This document shows, in pieces, positions 1 through 9,308 of a DNA stretch of 64,000 nt. The notes beneath the pieces were generated by a model. That model made no database searches and was not told where the DNA came from. It saw only the letters and a program-made list of their open reading frames with translations. Source of the DNA: an uncultured Isosphaeraceae bacterium (GTDB taxonomy: Bacteria > Planctomycetota > Phycisphaerae > Phycisphaerales > SM1A02); NCBI GenBank assembly GCA_964555705.1, contig CAZKTN010000003.1, positions 55,062-119,061 of the forward strand. Reading direction: 5' to 3'. A program made the translations under genes and the position numbers. Position 1 is the first letter of the stretch; each line of letters opens with the position of its first letter.

Positions 1-2
1 TT

Positions 3-1481
3 GCGCCCATCCAACGCGAACGGTGGGACCGCGCTGCAGCCGCGCACCTGCTCGCGCGCGCCGGCTTCGGAGGCACGCCGGACCAGGTGCAGGCGCTCGT
101 GGACATGGGACCCGCAGATGCAGTGGACTACCTCGTGCAGTACGAGGGGATCTCGTCTGACCCCACTCCAGATGACCTCTTCGACGCAAGCATCCGGCGG
201 CCGCTGAGCGACGATGAGCGCGCCACGCTCGCGCGCGCGCGACGTGACAGTGACGAGGGCGTGCTCGAGCGCTTCCAGCGCGAGCGCACCACGCGCGACA
301 TGCAGGACCGCGAGCAGGTGGTGGCGATGCGCCAGTGGTGGCTGAAGCGGATCATCGAGACAGGCCGCCCGCTTGAAGAGAAGATGACCCTCTTCTGGCA
401 CGGCCACTTCGCCACGGGATGGCGGACGATCGAGGACAGCTACCACATGTACCTGCAGAACCGCATGCTGCGCACGCATGCGACCGGGGACTTCGGGGAG
501 CTCGCGTACCGCATCATCCGAGACCCTGCGATGCTGCGCTACCTCGACAACAACCGCAGCAGGCGAGGCCAACCCAACGAGAATCTCGCGCGCGAGCTGA
601 TGGAGCTCTTCGTGCTCGGCGAGGGACGCGGATACACCGAGCAGGACATCAAGGAGGCCGCGCGCGCGCTCACCGGATTCACCTTCGAGGATGACTCGTT
701 CCGATTCGACGGTCGCGCGCACGACGACGGCCGCAAGTCGATCCTGGGCAGGATGGGCCCCTTCGACGGCGACGACCTCGTGCAGATCCTGCTCTCGAGG
801 CCTGAGTGCTCCGAGTTCATCTGCGGCAAGCTGCACCGCTTCTTCGTGGACGACGGGCCCGATGCGCCCGACCGCGACGCGCGCATCGCGATCACCCGAC
901 TCGCAGAGCTGATGCGGCGCGAGAGGTACCAGCTCAAGCCGGTGCTGCGCACGCTCTTCCTGAGCAGGCACTTCCACGATCCCGCGTACCGGGGATCGGT
1001 CGTGAAGAGCCCGGTGCAGCTGGTGGTGCAGACGATCCGCCAGGTAGGCACGCCACCGCGCGAGCTCGCCACGCTCTCCTCCGCGCTCGAGCTGATGGGC
1101 CAAAGCCTCTTCCAGCCGCCGTCGGTCAAGGGCTGGGACGGCGGGCGCACGTGGATCAACACGAGCACCCTATTCATCCGCCAGAACACCGCCGTGTACC
1201 TGCTGACTGGCCGGCTCCCCGACAGCGGCATGTGGGCCAGCGACCCGAACCCATGGGCGGGCGGGCCCTTCGAGCGGGCAGTTGCGGCGTGCGCGCGCGG
1301 CGGCGACAACGACGCGGCGGCCGACGCGGCGCTCGAGCTTGCCCTGTCCGTGGATCCCCTGCCCGCACGGCGCGAGCAGTTCCGCGCATTCGCGCGTTCG
1401 CTCGGCGGGCCGCTGGCGGGCGAGCGGCTTGTGCGCGCGCTGTGCATGGTGACCGCGCTTCCCGAGTACCAGCTCTGCTGA
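3..1481 (+). CDS. DUF1800 domain-containing protein (5' end outside window)
   Basis: Frame 3 is open from nt 3 (..WDRAAAAHLLARAGFGGTPDQVQALVDMG..), so the gene starts upstream of the window. The track ORF 87..1481 is only its in-window tail. Motifs WHGHFAT, LDNNRS and NENLARELMELF, plus an adjacent DUF1501 gene, fit the DUF1800/DUF1501 pair. Confidence 0.8.
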   Translation, partial: APIQRERWDRAAAAHLLARAGFGGTPDQVQALVDMGPADAVDYLVQYEGISSDPTPDDLFDASIRRPLSDDERATLARARRDSDEGVLERFQRERTTRDMQDREQVVAMRQWWLKRIIETGRPLEEKMTLFWHGHFATGWRTIEDSYHMYLQNRMLRTHATGDFGELAYRIIRDPAMLRYLDNNRSRRGQPNENLARELMELFVLGEGRGYTEQDIKEAARALTGFTFEDDSFRFDGRAHDDGRKSILGRMGPFDGDDLVQILLSRPECSEFICGKLHRFFVDDGPDAPDRDARIAITRLAELMRRERYQLKPVLRTLFLSRHFHDPAYRGSVVKSPVQLVVQTIRQVGTPPRELATLSSALELMGQSLFQPPSVKGWDGGRTWINTSTLFIRQNTAVYLLTGRLPDSGMWASDPNPWAGGPFERAVAACARGGDNDAAADAALELALSVDPLPARREQFRAFARSLGGPLAGERLVRALCMVTALPEYQLC

Positions 1482-1497
1482 GAACTGCGAGGATCCG

Positions 1498-2790
1498 ATG
1501 ACTGACCCGAAGCTCCCCTTCTCGCGCCGCGTGTTCCTGCAGCAGGGCGTCACGCTTGCGTCGCTCGTCTCCACGATTCCCTGGTTCCTTCAGCACAGCG
1601 CGCTCGGCGTGCTCGCGCAGCAGTCGACGCGCACGTCGAGCACGCCGGGCGTGCCCGAGGAGCGCGTGCTGGTCGTGGTGCAGCTCGGTGGAGGCAACGA
1701 CGGCCTCAACACCGTGGTCCCCTACGGCGACGATGCCTACTACCGCGCGCGGCCAACGCTGGCGATCGCCTCACCGGCGCGCGCCGGAAGCAACCAGGTG
1801 CTGGTGGCCGACGCCGCCGCAGGCCTTGGCCTGCATCCGAACCTCGACGGGCTCAAGTCGATGCTCGATGATGGCAGGATGTCGATCGTGCAGGGCGTTG
1901 GCTACCCCAACCCCAACAGGTCGCACTTCACGTCGATGGACATCTGGCAGACCGCAAGGACCGACGCGAAGGGCACAGGATGGATCGGCCGCTACGTCGA
2001 CTGCACCTGCAGCGGAACGCCCGACCCCGAGGGGGTGGTCTCGATCGGCCGTACCGCGCCGCTGGCGCTGATCGGGGAGCGCAGCACTCCGGTCTCGTTC
2101 GAGAACGCGCAGCTCTTCCGGTGGATGGGCGCGGATGTCGACCCCTCGCTCGAGTCGACCTACGAGCGGCTGACGCGTGCAGGCGAGATCGATGGCGTCG
2201 CGGCGGGCAGCCAGCAGGCATTCCTGATGCGCACCGCACTGGACGCGCAGCTCTCGAGCGACCGCATCCGAGATGCGCTGCGCGGATCGCCGCTGGTCAG
2301 GTACCCCGCTACGGTGCTTGCGCGCCAGCTCCAGGCCATCGGCGCCATGATCCGTGCGGACATGCGCACACGCGTGTACTACGCATCGATTGGCGGCTTC
2401 GACACGCACGCCGGGCAGGCGAACTCGCATGGCCAGCGGCTGCGCGAGGTCGGCGATGCGCTCAAGGCGTTCCAGGACGATCTTGTGGCCCAGGGCAACG
2501 ACGCGCGCGTGCTCACGATGGTGTTCAGCGAGTTCGGCAGGCGCGTGCGCCAGAACGCCTCCGGCGGAACGGACCACGGCACCGCGGCGCCGATGTTCCT
2601 GCTCGGGCCGATGGTGCGCGCGGGCATCGTCGGCACGCACCCTTCGCTGACCGACCTCGACCAGGGCGACCTCAAGTTCACCACCGACTTCCGCAGCGTC
2701 TACGCGTCGATCCTCGATGACTGGATGCGCGCACCGGCGTCGAAGGTGCTCGGCGGCAACTATCCCAAGGCGAAGGTGCTGCGGTCGTAG
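1498..2790 (+). CDS. DUF1501 domain-containing protein with Tat-type signal
   Basis: 430-aa ORF with ATG at 1498, 16 nt after the DUF1800 stop. N-terminal twin-arginine motif is FSRRVFLQQG. Sulfatase-like DUF1501 pattern: VQLGGGNDGLNTVVP, GYPNPNRSHF, GGFDTHA, GGTDHG. Confidence 0.85.
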   Translation: MTDPKLPFSRRVFLQQGVTLASLVSTIPWFLQHSALGVLAQQSTRTSSTPGVPEERVLVVVQLGGGNDGLNTVVPYGDDAYYRARPTLAIASPARAGSNQVLVADAAAGLGLHPNLDGLKSMLDDGRMSIVQGVGYPNPNRSHFTSMDIWQTARTDAKGTGWIGRYVDCTCSGTPDPEGVVSIGRTAPLALIGERSTPVSFENAQLFRWMGADVDPSLESTYERLTRAGEIDGVAAGSQQAFLMRTALDAQLSSDRIRDALRGSPLVRYPATVLARQLQAIGAMIRADMRTRVYYASIGGFDTHAGQANSHGQRLREVGDALKAFQDDLVAQGNDARVLTMVFSEFGRRVRQNASGGTDHGTAAPMFLLGPMVRAGIVGTHPSLTDLDQGDLKFTTDFRSVYASILDDWMRAPASKVLGGNYPKAKVLRS

Positions 2791-2830
2791 CGCGGCGCGG
2801 CCAGGGCGTCGGATCGTTAGCATCCCGCGC

Positions 2831-3109
2831 ATGACGACTGCCCCCCACTCGTTCCCCAACGGCGCTGCACCGCAACAGGAAAGCAAGCGCGTGCTCTGCG
2901 GCGTCATGGGAATCCTCCTCGGCTACCTCGGGATCCACCGGTTCATCCTTGGTGACGTGACGGGTGGCGTTCTCCGAATCCTGATCTCGCTCCTCACGTG
3001 CGGCGCCGTGGGCAGCGTCATCGGCCTCGTCGAGGGCATCATCTACCTGACCAAGTCGGACGCCGAGTTCATCCAGGTCTACCAGGTGCAGAAGCGCAGC
3101 TGGTTCTGA
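2831..3109 (+). CDS. TM2 domain-containing small membrane protein
   Basis: In-frame ATG at 2831 within ORF 2717..3109. The upstream 38 codons are Arg/Cys-rich junk. Motif GILLGYLGIHRFILGD followed by a second hydrophobic helix is typical of the TM2 domain. Confidence 0.7.
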   Translation: MTTAPHSFPNGAAPQQESKRVLCGVMGILLGYLGIHRFILGDVTGGVLRILISLLTCGAVGSVIGLVEGIIYLTKSDAEFIQVYQVQKRSWF

Positions 3110-3121
3110 CCGCCGGCGCGG

Positions 3122-5155
3122 TCACTCTGCGCCGTCGCCCTCATCCAACCTGATCTCGGGCTCGATGCCGTCTGGCAGTGCGTCGAGGAACGCGCGTCCG
3201 TAGGGCTTTGTCACGATGCGGGGGTCGAGCACCACGACACGCCCCGAATCCGTCGCTCCGCGGATCAGGCGTCCGAACCCCTGCCTGAAGCGGATCACGG
3301 CGCGCGGCAGCTGGTCGTGCATGAATGCGCTCTTGCCCTGAGATTTCAGCAGCTCCTCGCGTGCCTGCACCAGCGGGTCATCCGGCGGGTCGAAGGGCAG
3401 CCGCGTGATGATCACGTTGCGCAGCGCGCGGCCGCGCACGTCGATGCCCTGCCAGAAGCTCGCGACGCCCATCAGCACGCTGCGCTCGTCCTCGCGGAAT
3501 CGCCGCAGGAGCACTGCGTTTGGCGCGCCCATCCCCTGCACGTGCACGGGATGGCCCGCCTCGACAAGCGGCTCCGTGATGCGTCCGGCCACGGCGTTCA
3601 TCGTCGCGAAGCTCGTGAAGAGCACGAAGGCGCCGCCATCGGTCGCGGACACATGGTGCATGATGCGTTCCGCAAGCGCATCCACATGCCCTGGCGCGCG
3701 CGGGTCAGGCATCGACGCCTCCACGATCACGCGCACCTGGCGGGCGTAGTCGAAGGGCGACCCGAGCGACATCGTGCGCGCATCGGTCGCGCCGAGCGTC
3801 AGCGCGGCATGCGCGAAGGCGCGCTCGTCGTCGCCTGAGCGGCCAGTCGCAAGCGTCGCTGAGGTGAGCACCACGGAGACATCCTGCGCAAACAGGTGCT
3901 GCCTCAGGATCGGCGACACGTCCACTGCAGCCGAGAGCAGCGACATCTCGGGGCGCTTGCCCCCGCGCTGGCGGCGCCGGCTCGCGGCAGCCTCCGTCCA
4001 GTACACGCATCCAGGCAGCGACTGCGCCACCAGCGCCTCGCACGACTCCGCGAGGTCCTGTGCGCGCTGCGCGAACGCGTTGAGCTCGAAGGAGTCCGCC
4101 TCGTCCTCGGTGCGCTCGCGCACGAGCCGCAGCAGCCCTGCCAGCTGGCGGAGCGGAGCCGACAGCGGGTCCGGAACCGCATTCGCGCCCGAGATGCGGC
4201 GCGACCCGTCGGCCGCCGATCCGTCGCCGAGCCGCCACAGCGATGCGAAGAAGTCCTCCGACGCCCGCCTCACGCTCTCGCATGCCGCGACGGCGTCGGC
4301 CACAGTGCGGTCGGCGCCCTCGCGCACACGAAGCGCGGCGAGGAATCCACGGCCCTGCGAGGGGTTCCACAGCGACCGGAGCAGGTGCCCCACCCGTGAT
4401 TCGGAGATGCGCGCCCCAAAGTGCTCGGCCGCCACCGACTCGATGCAGTGCGCCTCGTCGAGGATGACGTGCTGGTACGGCGGCAGGAACCCGCGGCCAC
4501 GCGCACGCAGCGCAAGGTCGCTGAAGAAGAGCGCGTGGTTGCACACGAGGATGTCCGAGTGCTCCATGCGCCGTCGCGCCGCCTGGTAGAAGCACCGGTC
4601 GTATGTCGGGCAACGGCGTCCCATGCAGTTGCCCGCATCCGACTGCACGTGCTCCCATACGGAGTGGCGCGGCACCACGGGCAGCGACGCGAGCGTGCCG
4701 TCCCGCGTCGAGTATGCCCAGTCCTCGATCTGGTGCAGCTCGTGGCGGTCGGTGTCGTCGCCGAAGAGCCGGTCCTGACGGCCGCTGGCGAGCCCGAGCC
4801 GCCGAAGCGACACGTAGTTTCCGCGCCCCTTCACGAGCACGCTCGTGAACTCCTCGGGGATCGACGCATTGAGCAGCGGGATGTCGCTGTCGACGATCTG
4901 CTCCTGCAGCGCGATCGTGTGGGTGCAGATGACCACGCGCTCCCGGTGGTCGACGACGCGCGCGATGGCGGGCAGCAGGTACGCGAACGTCTTGCCGACG
5001 CCCGTGCCTGCCTCGACGAGCAGCCGCCCCTTGCGCGCGAGGCACTCCTCCACGGCCGCGGCCATCTCGAGCTGCTGCGGCCGCGACTCGAACCCGCTGA
5101 TGCGGCGCGCGATCGCACCATCCTCCGAGAGAAGCGCATTGACCGCGAACGCCAT
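3122..5155 (-). CDS. dinG: ATP-dependent DNA helicase, DinG/XPD family (Fe-S type)
   Basis: 677 aa. Walker A is EAGTGVGKTFAYLLPA and the DEAH box is VILDEAHCIE. A four-Cys cluster region is present (CMGRRCPTYDRCFY...VCNHAL). C-terminal helicase motifs are FWQGIDVRG and RLIRGATDSGRVVVLD. Confidence 0.85.
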   Translation of the reverse strand: MAFAVNALLSEDGAIARRISGFESRPQQLEMAAAVEECLARKGRLLVEAGTGVGKTFAYLLPAIARVVDHRERVVICTHTIALQEQIVDSDIPLLNASIPEEFTSVLVKGRGNYVSLRRLGLASGRQDRLFGDDTDRHELHQIEDWAYSTRDGTLASLPVVPRHSVWEHVQSDAGNCMGRRCPTYDRCFYQAARRRMEHSDILVCNHALFFSDLALRARGRGFLPPYQHVILDEAHCIESVAAEHFGARISESRVGHLLRSLWNPSQGRGFLAALRVREGADRTVADAVAACESVRRASEDFFASLWRLGDGSAADGSRRISGANAVPDPLSAPLRQLAGLLRLVRERTEDEADSFELNAFAQRAQDLAESCEALVAQSLPGCVYWTEAAASRRRQRGGKRPEMSLLSAAVDVSPILRQHLFAQDVSVVLTSATLATGRSGDDERAFAHAALTLGATDARTMSLGSPFDYARQVRVIVEASMPDPRAPGHVDALAERIMHHVSATDGGAFVLFTSFATMNAVAGRITEPLVEAGHPVHVQGMGAPNAVLLRRFREDERSVLMGVASFWQGIDVRGRALRNVIITRLPFDPPDDPLVQAREELLKSQGKSAFMHDQLPRAVIRFRQGFGRLIRGATDSGRVVVLDPRIVTKPYGRAFLDALPDGIEPEIRLDEGDGAE

Positions 5156-5196
5156 GCGCGGATCCTAGGGATGCAGGCGCGCACTACCCTCACGCC

Positions 5197-6222
5197 GTGC
5201 GCAAGCTCACGCATGCCCAAGCGTCCATGACCCTCCCCCTGTGCGGATCCGGCGCCATTGGCACCCGCACTCGGGCCATCCTGAGGCTCGCCATCGCCGC
5301 CGCGGCCGCGACGCTTGCCGGATGCGCCACGCCCGCAGCGACCACTACGCCACGACCGACACGCAACCCTGCCGCGGAGATTGCCTCAGCACCTGATCCT
5401 GCCTCTATGCATGCGTTCGATGGCCGGTCCGGTCGCCGATGGGGCTGGCCTGCGCTTGTGGCCCGGATTGGCGCCGCCGACGCCGTGTTCATCGGCGAGC
5501 AGCATGACGATGCCGGCGCGCACAAGTTCCAGGCCGCCGTCGCAGAGGCGATGTGCGCCGCGCGGCCCGGCGCCGCGCTCTCGATGGAGATGCTCGAGCG
5601 GGATGACCAGTACGCCACGGACCGGTTCCTCGCAGGCACCATCACGCTCGACGAGTTCGTGGATGGTGCGGGCGTGCGCAACTGGGCCGGCAGCGGCACA
5701 TGGATGCCGTGGTACCAGCCTGTGGTCGATGTCGCGCGCACTCGTGGCGCGCCTCTGGTGGCCGCGAACGCGCCGCGACGGTTCGTGAGCCAGGCACGGA
5801 CAGCGGGCTATGCGCCGCTCGCCGAGCTCCCGCCCGAGGACCGTGCGCTCTTCGATCTCCCGGAGTCCTTGCCGCGCGATGCGTACCGCGAGCGACTCGC
5901 CGACCTCATGCGCGATGCGCGCTCGGGCACGGACAACCCCCCGCCCACCGACGACGAGATCGACGCGTTCCAGCGAGCGCAGCTCGTGTGGGATGCGACG
6001 ATGGCGGCAAGCGTGGCGGCTTCGCTCGAGCGGTCCCCTGCAGTGGTGCACCTCGCCGGCTCATTCCACATCAGTCGCGACGGCGCAACGGTGACCGAGT
6101 TCCGCCGCCGTCGCCCGGACGCGCGCACGCTCACGATCGTGTGCGTCGACGCGGCCTCGGACTCGCTGCGCGAGGAGGACCGCGGTCTCGCGGATGTGGT
6201 CGTCTACACGCGGCTGCCCTGA
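5197..6222 (+). CDS. ChaN-family (DUF399, haem-binding uptake/Tiki-like) lipoprotein
   Basis: 341 aa with lipobox ATLAGC near the N-terminus and the ChaN-like motif DAVFIGEQHDDAGAHKFQ. GTG start at 5197; an alternative ATG at 5227 also leaves the signal peptide intact. Confidence 0.7.
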   Translation: MRKLTHAQASMTLPLCGSGAIGTRTRAILRLAIAAAAATLAGCATPAATTTPRPTRNPAAEIASAPDPASMHAFDGRSGRRWGWPALVARIGAADAVFIGEQHDDAGAHKFQAAVAEAMCAARPGAALSMEMLERDDQYATDRFLAGTITLDEFVDGAGVRNWAGSGTWMPWYQPVVDVARTRGAPLVAANAPRRFVSQARTAGYAPLAELPPEDRALFDLPESLPRDAYRERLADLMRDARSGTDNPPPTDDEIDAFQRAQLVWDATMAASVAASLERSPAVVHLAGSFHISRDGATVTEFRRRRPDARTLTIVCVDAASDSLREEDRGLADVVVYTRLP

Positions 6223-6283
6223 GGCTCGCTGGCGCCGCGCGAAGCGCTCATGCCTTGACGGGCGATCACGCGTTGCCGAGCGG

Positions 6284-6670
6284 TCACGCCTTCACGAGCG
6301 CGTTGAGCTGCTCGCGAGTGTCGACGAGCTGGAAGATGCGCTCGATCTTCATCATCGACATCAGCGCGCGCAGGTCCTTGGTCAGGCCGTAGATGATGGG
6401 CTTCGCGCCGAGCGGCGCGGCTGCGTTGCGGATGTTGATGCACATCCCCAGGCCGAGGCTGCTCATGAACTGCACCTCGCTGAGGTCGAGGATCATGAAC
6501 TTCATGGCCTTGCCGCAGCTCTTGACCATTGCGTCCACCTCGCCGCCGATGATCGGCGCCTCGCGCTGCCCGACGTTGGGGCCCGCAAGCTTCACGATGA
6601 GTGCGTACCCGTTCCAGGTCATCTCGACGAGGGGCGTCTTGCGGACAGTCGGTTCGGCGGGAGAGCTCAT
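6284..6670 (-). CDS. STAS-domain anti-sigma-factor antagonist
   Basis: 128 aa. Shows the classic SpoIIAA/RsbV pattern LDLSEVQFMSSLGLGMCI with a candidate phospho-serine, and C-terminal ...ERIFQLVDTREQALN-like residues. Confidence 0.8.
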   Translation of the reverse strand: MSSPAEPTVRKTPLVEMTWNGYALIVKLAGPNVGQREAPIIGGEVDAMVKSCGKAMKFMILDLSEVQFMSSLGLGMCINIRNAAAPLGAKPIIYGLTKDLRALMSMMKIERIFQLVDTREQLNALVKA

Positions 6671-6692
6671 GCGGTCCGCAGTCTAGCCCGAC

Positions 6693-7208
6693 CTACGCGC
6701 GCCGCGTCAGCGCGGGGACCGCGAGCCACTGGAGCTGCGCAGCCCCGCTGACGCCGCCTGCGCCGAGCTGGCGCGGCGAGGACAGCTCGAGCGCCGCCAC
6801 TGCGCCCTTGCGCATGCGGACGATCGGTTGGTCGCTGCCGAGCAGCCACCCGACGAGGGCGCTGAGCACAGGCTCGTGCCCGACGAGCGCAAGCGACTCG
6901 AGCTTCGCGCGCGCCACGATCTCGCGCGCGATCGCGGCGACCGCGCCCGACTCGTCCGACTCGAGTGCCGTGCACCGCTCGGGCGCAGGCCATCCGGCCT
7001 CATCCTCGAGCGCCGCCGCCGTGTCCCACGCGCGGGTCCATGAGCTCGAAAGCACAGCCTCGGGCGCATCGACGATGCGCCCCAACCGACGTGCGAGGGA
7101 ACGGAACTCCTTGCGACCTTCCCGGGTCAGCGGTCGCAGCCTGTCGTCGGGGAATCGAGCGGAGTCCCTGTCGAAGGCCTTCGCATGTCTCACGACGTAG
7201 AGCCTCAT
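6693..7208 (-). CDS. sixA: phosphohistidine phosphatase SixA / histidine-phosphatase superfamily
   Basis: 171 aa. The N-terminus MRLYVVRHAKA carries the RHG-type catalytic motif. Size and the HEP motif (LVGHEPVLS) match SixA. It lies 22 nt upstream of the STAS gene on the same strand. Confidence 0.75.
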   Translation of the reverse strand: MRLYVVRHAKAFDRDSARFPDDRLRPLTREGRKEFRSLARRLGRIVDAPEAVLSSSWTRAWDTAAALEDEAGWPAPERCTALESDESGAVAAIAREIVARAKLESLALVGHEPVLSALVGWLLGSDQPIVRMRKGAVAALELSSPRQLGAGGVSGAAQLQWLAVPALTRRA

Positions 7209-7231
7209 GCCCCCACGGTACCGTCCGCACC

Positions 7232-8491
7232 ATGTCCCGGAGCGTGATCCTCAACGCCAGGCTCATCACGATGGACGGTCGCGCGCAGGCGTGTCGCGGG
7301 AGTGACCTCGATGACCTGCGCGTGATCGAGCGCGGGTGGATTGGCGTCGATGGATCGCGCATCGCCGAGATGGGCAGCGGCGAACCGCCTGCCGAGTGGC
7401 GATCCGCGCCGTCGCTCGACGCACATGGGCGAGTCGTGATGCCTGGCTTCGTCGACTGCCATACGCACTCGTGCTGGGCGGGCGACCGCTACGGGGAGTG
7501 GGCCATGAAGCTCGCGGGCCGACCCTACTCCGACATCCTCGCCGCCGGCGGTGGGATCCTGTCCACGGTGCGCGCGGTCCGGGAGAGCTCGCGCGAGTCG
7601 CTCGCATGCGATCTCGTCGAGCGTCTCGCGGAGATGCTCGCGCTGGGCACCACCACAGCGGAGGTCAAGTCCGGGTACGGCCTCTCGACCGATCACGAGC
7701 TGATGATGCTCGATGCCATCGCAGATGCGGCGGCGCGCTCGCCGATGCGCGTCGTGCCGACCTTCCTCGGCGCCCACGCCATCGACCCTGAGGTGCCGGA
7801 CTTCGTCGTGCGCACGGTGCGGGAGACGGTCCCTGCCGTCGCCGCGAGGTGGCCGGGCATCTGCGCGGACCTCTATTGCGAGCGCAGCGCATGGGGCCTC
7901 GAGGAATCGCTTGCGTACGCGCGAGCCGCGCAAGCCGCGGGAATGCCGCTGCGGATGCACGTCGACCAGTTCAACGACCTGGGCATGGTGCCGCACGCGA
8001 TCGCGCTCGGCGCGCGCACCTGCGACCACCTCGAGGCCACGTCGGAGGATCATCTCCTGGCGCTTGCGCGCAGCCGCACGATGGGCGTCGCGCTCCCCGG
8101 ATCGCCCTTCTGCCTCGACGGGCCATTCATGAGGGCGAGGCAGTTCGTGGACGCCGGCGGCGCGCTGGCGATCGCGACGAACCGCAACCCAGGAAGCTCG
8201 CCAGTCGCCTCGATGGCGTTCGTGGTGGCGCTCTCGGTGCGCCGGATGGGACTGACGTATGCGCAGGCGCTGCATGCCGCGACGTGGAACGCAGCCTGCG
8301 CGCTCGGCGTACAGGACCGCTGCGGCGCGCTGCGGCCCGGCATGGACGCAGACATCGCCCTCTGGCCCCACGGTGACGAGCGCGCGATCGCGTTCGAGGT
8401 GACCGGACCGCCGCCAGACCTCGTGCTGGCCAGGGGCGCACTCGCTCCGGGCGCGAACCCGCCGGACGCGACCGCCCTCAACCTGCGATAA
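7232..8491 (+). CDS. hutI: imidazolonepropionase
   Basis: In-frame ATG at 7232 inside ORF 6965..8491; the upstream 89 codons are antisense to sixA. Motifs: GFVDCHTHSCWAGDR, EWAMKLAGRPYSDILAAGGGILSTVRAVR, DQFNDLG, and C-terminal amidohydrolase residues. Confidence 0.85.
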   Translation: MSRSVILNARLITMDGRAQACRGSDLDDLRVIERGWIGVDGSRIAEMGSGEPPAEWRSAPSLDAHGRVVMPGFVDCHTHSCWAGDRYGEWAMKLAGRPYSDILAAGGGILSTVRAVRESSRESLACDLVERLAEMLALGTTTAEVKSGYGLSTDHELMMLDAIADAAARSPMRVVPTFLGAHAIDPEVPDFVVRTVRETVPAVAARWPGICADLYCERSAWGLEESLAYARAAQAAGMPLRMHVDQFNDLGMVPHAIALGARTCDHLEATSEDHLLALARSRTMGVALPGSPFCLDGPFMRARQFVDAGGALAIATNRNPGSSPVASMAFVVALSVRRMGLTYAQALHAATWNAACALGVQDRCGALRPGMDADIALWPHGDERAIAFEVTGPPPDLVLARGALAPGANPPDATALNLR

Positions 8492-8501
8492 TCCCATCCC
8501 C

Positions 8502-9308
8502 GTGCCGACTGCCACCGACATCTCCAACGCCACCGCCGCCGCAGCGTGCGTCGTCGAGACGCACCGCCGCCTTGTGGACATGCTTGCGCCGGGCCGCACG
8601 CTCGCGGAGATCGACTCGTTCATCGCGCGCACGCTCGCCGAGCTTGACGCCCCGAGCTGCTTCCTCGGCTACAAGGTGCGTGGGCACCCTCCATACCCGA
8701 GCCATGCGTGCCTCAGCGTCAACGAGGTCATTGTCCACGGCACGCATGACATGTCCGCCAAGCCGCTCGAGGAGGGCGACCTCATCTCGATCGACATCGG
8801 CGTGCGACACCGCGGATGGATCGGAGACGCGGCGTGGACGTACGCGATCCGCACGGCGACTCCGCTCGGAGCGAGCATGATGCGCTCGGGGCGCGAGAGC
8901 CTTCGGCGGGGCATCGCTGCGATGCAGGCGGGCAGGCCGCTCACGGACTGGGCTCGCGCCGTCCAGCAGTGCGTCGAGCGCGAGCACGGGTTCCATCTCG
9001 TGCGCGGGCTGGGCGGCCACGGGTACGGGAAGTCGCTGCACACCGCCCCGTACATCGCCAACACCATGCCCGGGTTCCCAGGCGAATGGCCCGATGCGCG
9101 CACCATCTTCAAGCCCGGGATGCTGCTGGCCGTGGAGCCCATGATCGCGGCGACGACAACGGAGATCGAGTCGCTCGGGAGCGGATGGCCCATCTACACC
9201 GCCGACCGCTCGCTGAGCGTGCACTACGAGGCCGACGTGCTGATCGAGGAGAGCGGCCCCCTCAACCTGACCGCAGGCCTCTTCGACCTCCCGGATGTGG
9301 TGGGATGA
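8502..9308 (+). CDS. map: type I methionyl aminopeptidase
   Basis: 268 aa. Motifs VIVHGTHD, GDLISIDIGVRHRGWIGDAAWTY, GHGYGKSLH and VEPMI. The stop overlaps the serA start (ATGA at 9305-9308). Confidence 0.9.
   Translation: MPTATDISNATAAAACVVETHRRLVDMLAPGRTLAEIDSFIARTLAELDAPSCFLGYKVRGHPPYPSHACLSVNEVIVHGTHDMSAKPLEEGDLISIDIGVRHRGWIGDAAWTYAIRTATPLGASMMRSGRESLRRGIAAMQAGRPLTDWARAVQQCVEREHGFHLVRGLGGHGYGKSLHTAPYIANTMPGFPGEWPDARTIFKPGMLLAVEPMIAATTTEIESLGSGWPIYTADRSLSVHYEADVLIEESGPLNLTAGLFDLPDVVG

Noticed and set aside
7232-8491. Orphan hutI (no hutH/hutU/hutG nearby) as evidence of an unusual histidine-degradation arrangement
   Set aside because: hut genes are often dispersed, and imidazolonepropionase-like amidohydrolases can have other substrates. 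This cannot be judged without the whole genome.
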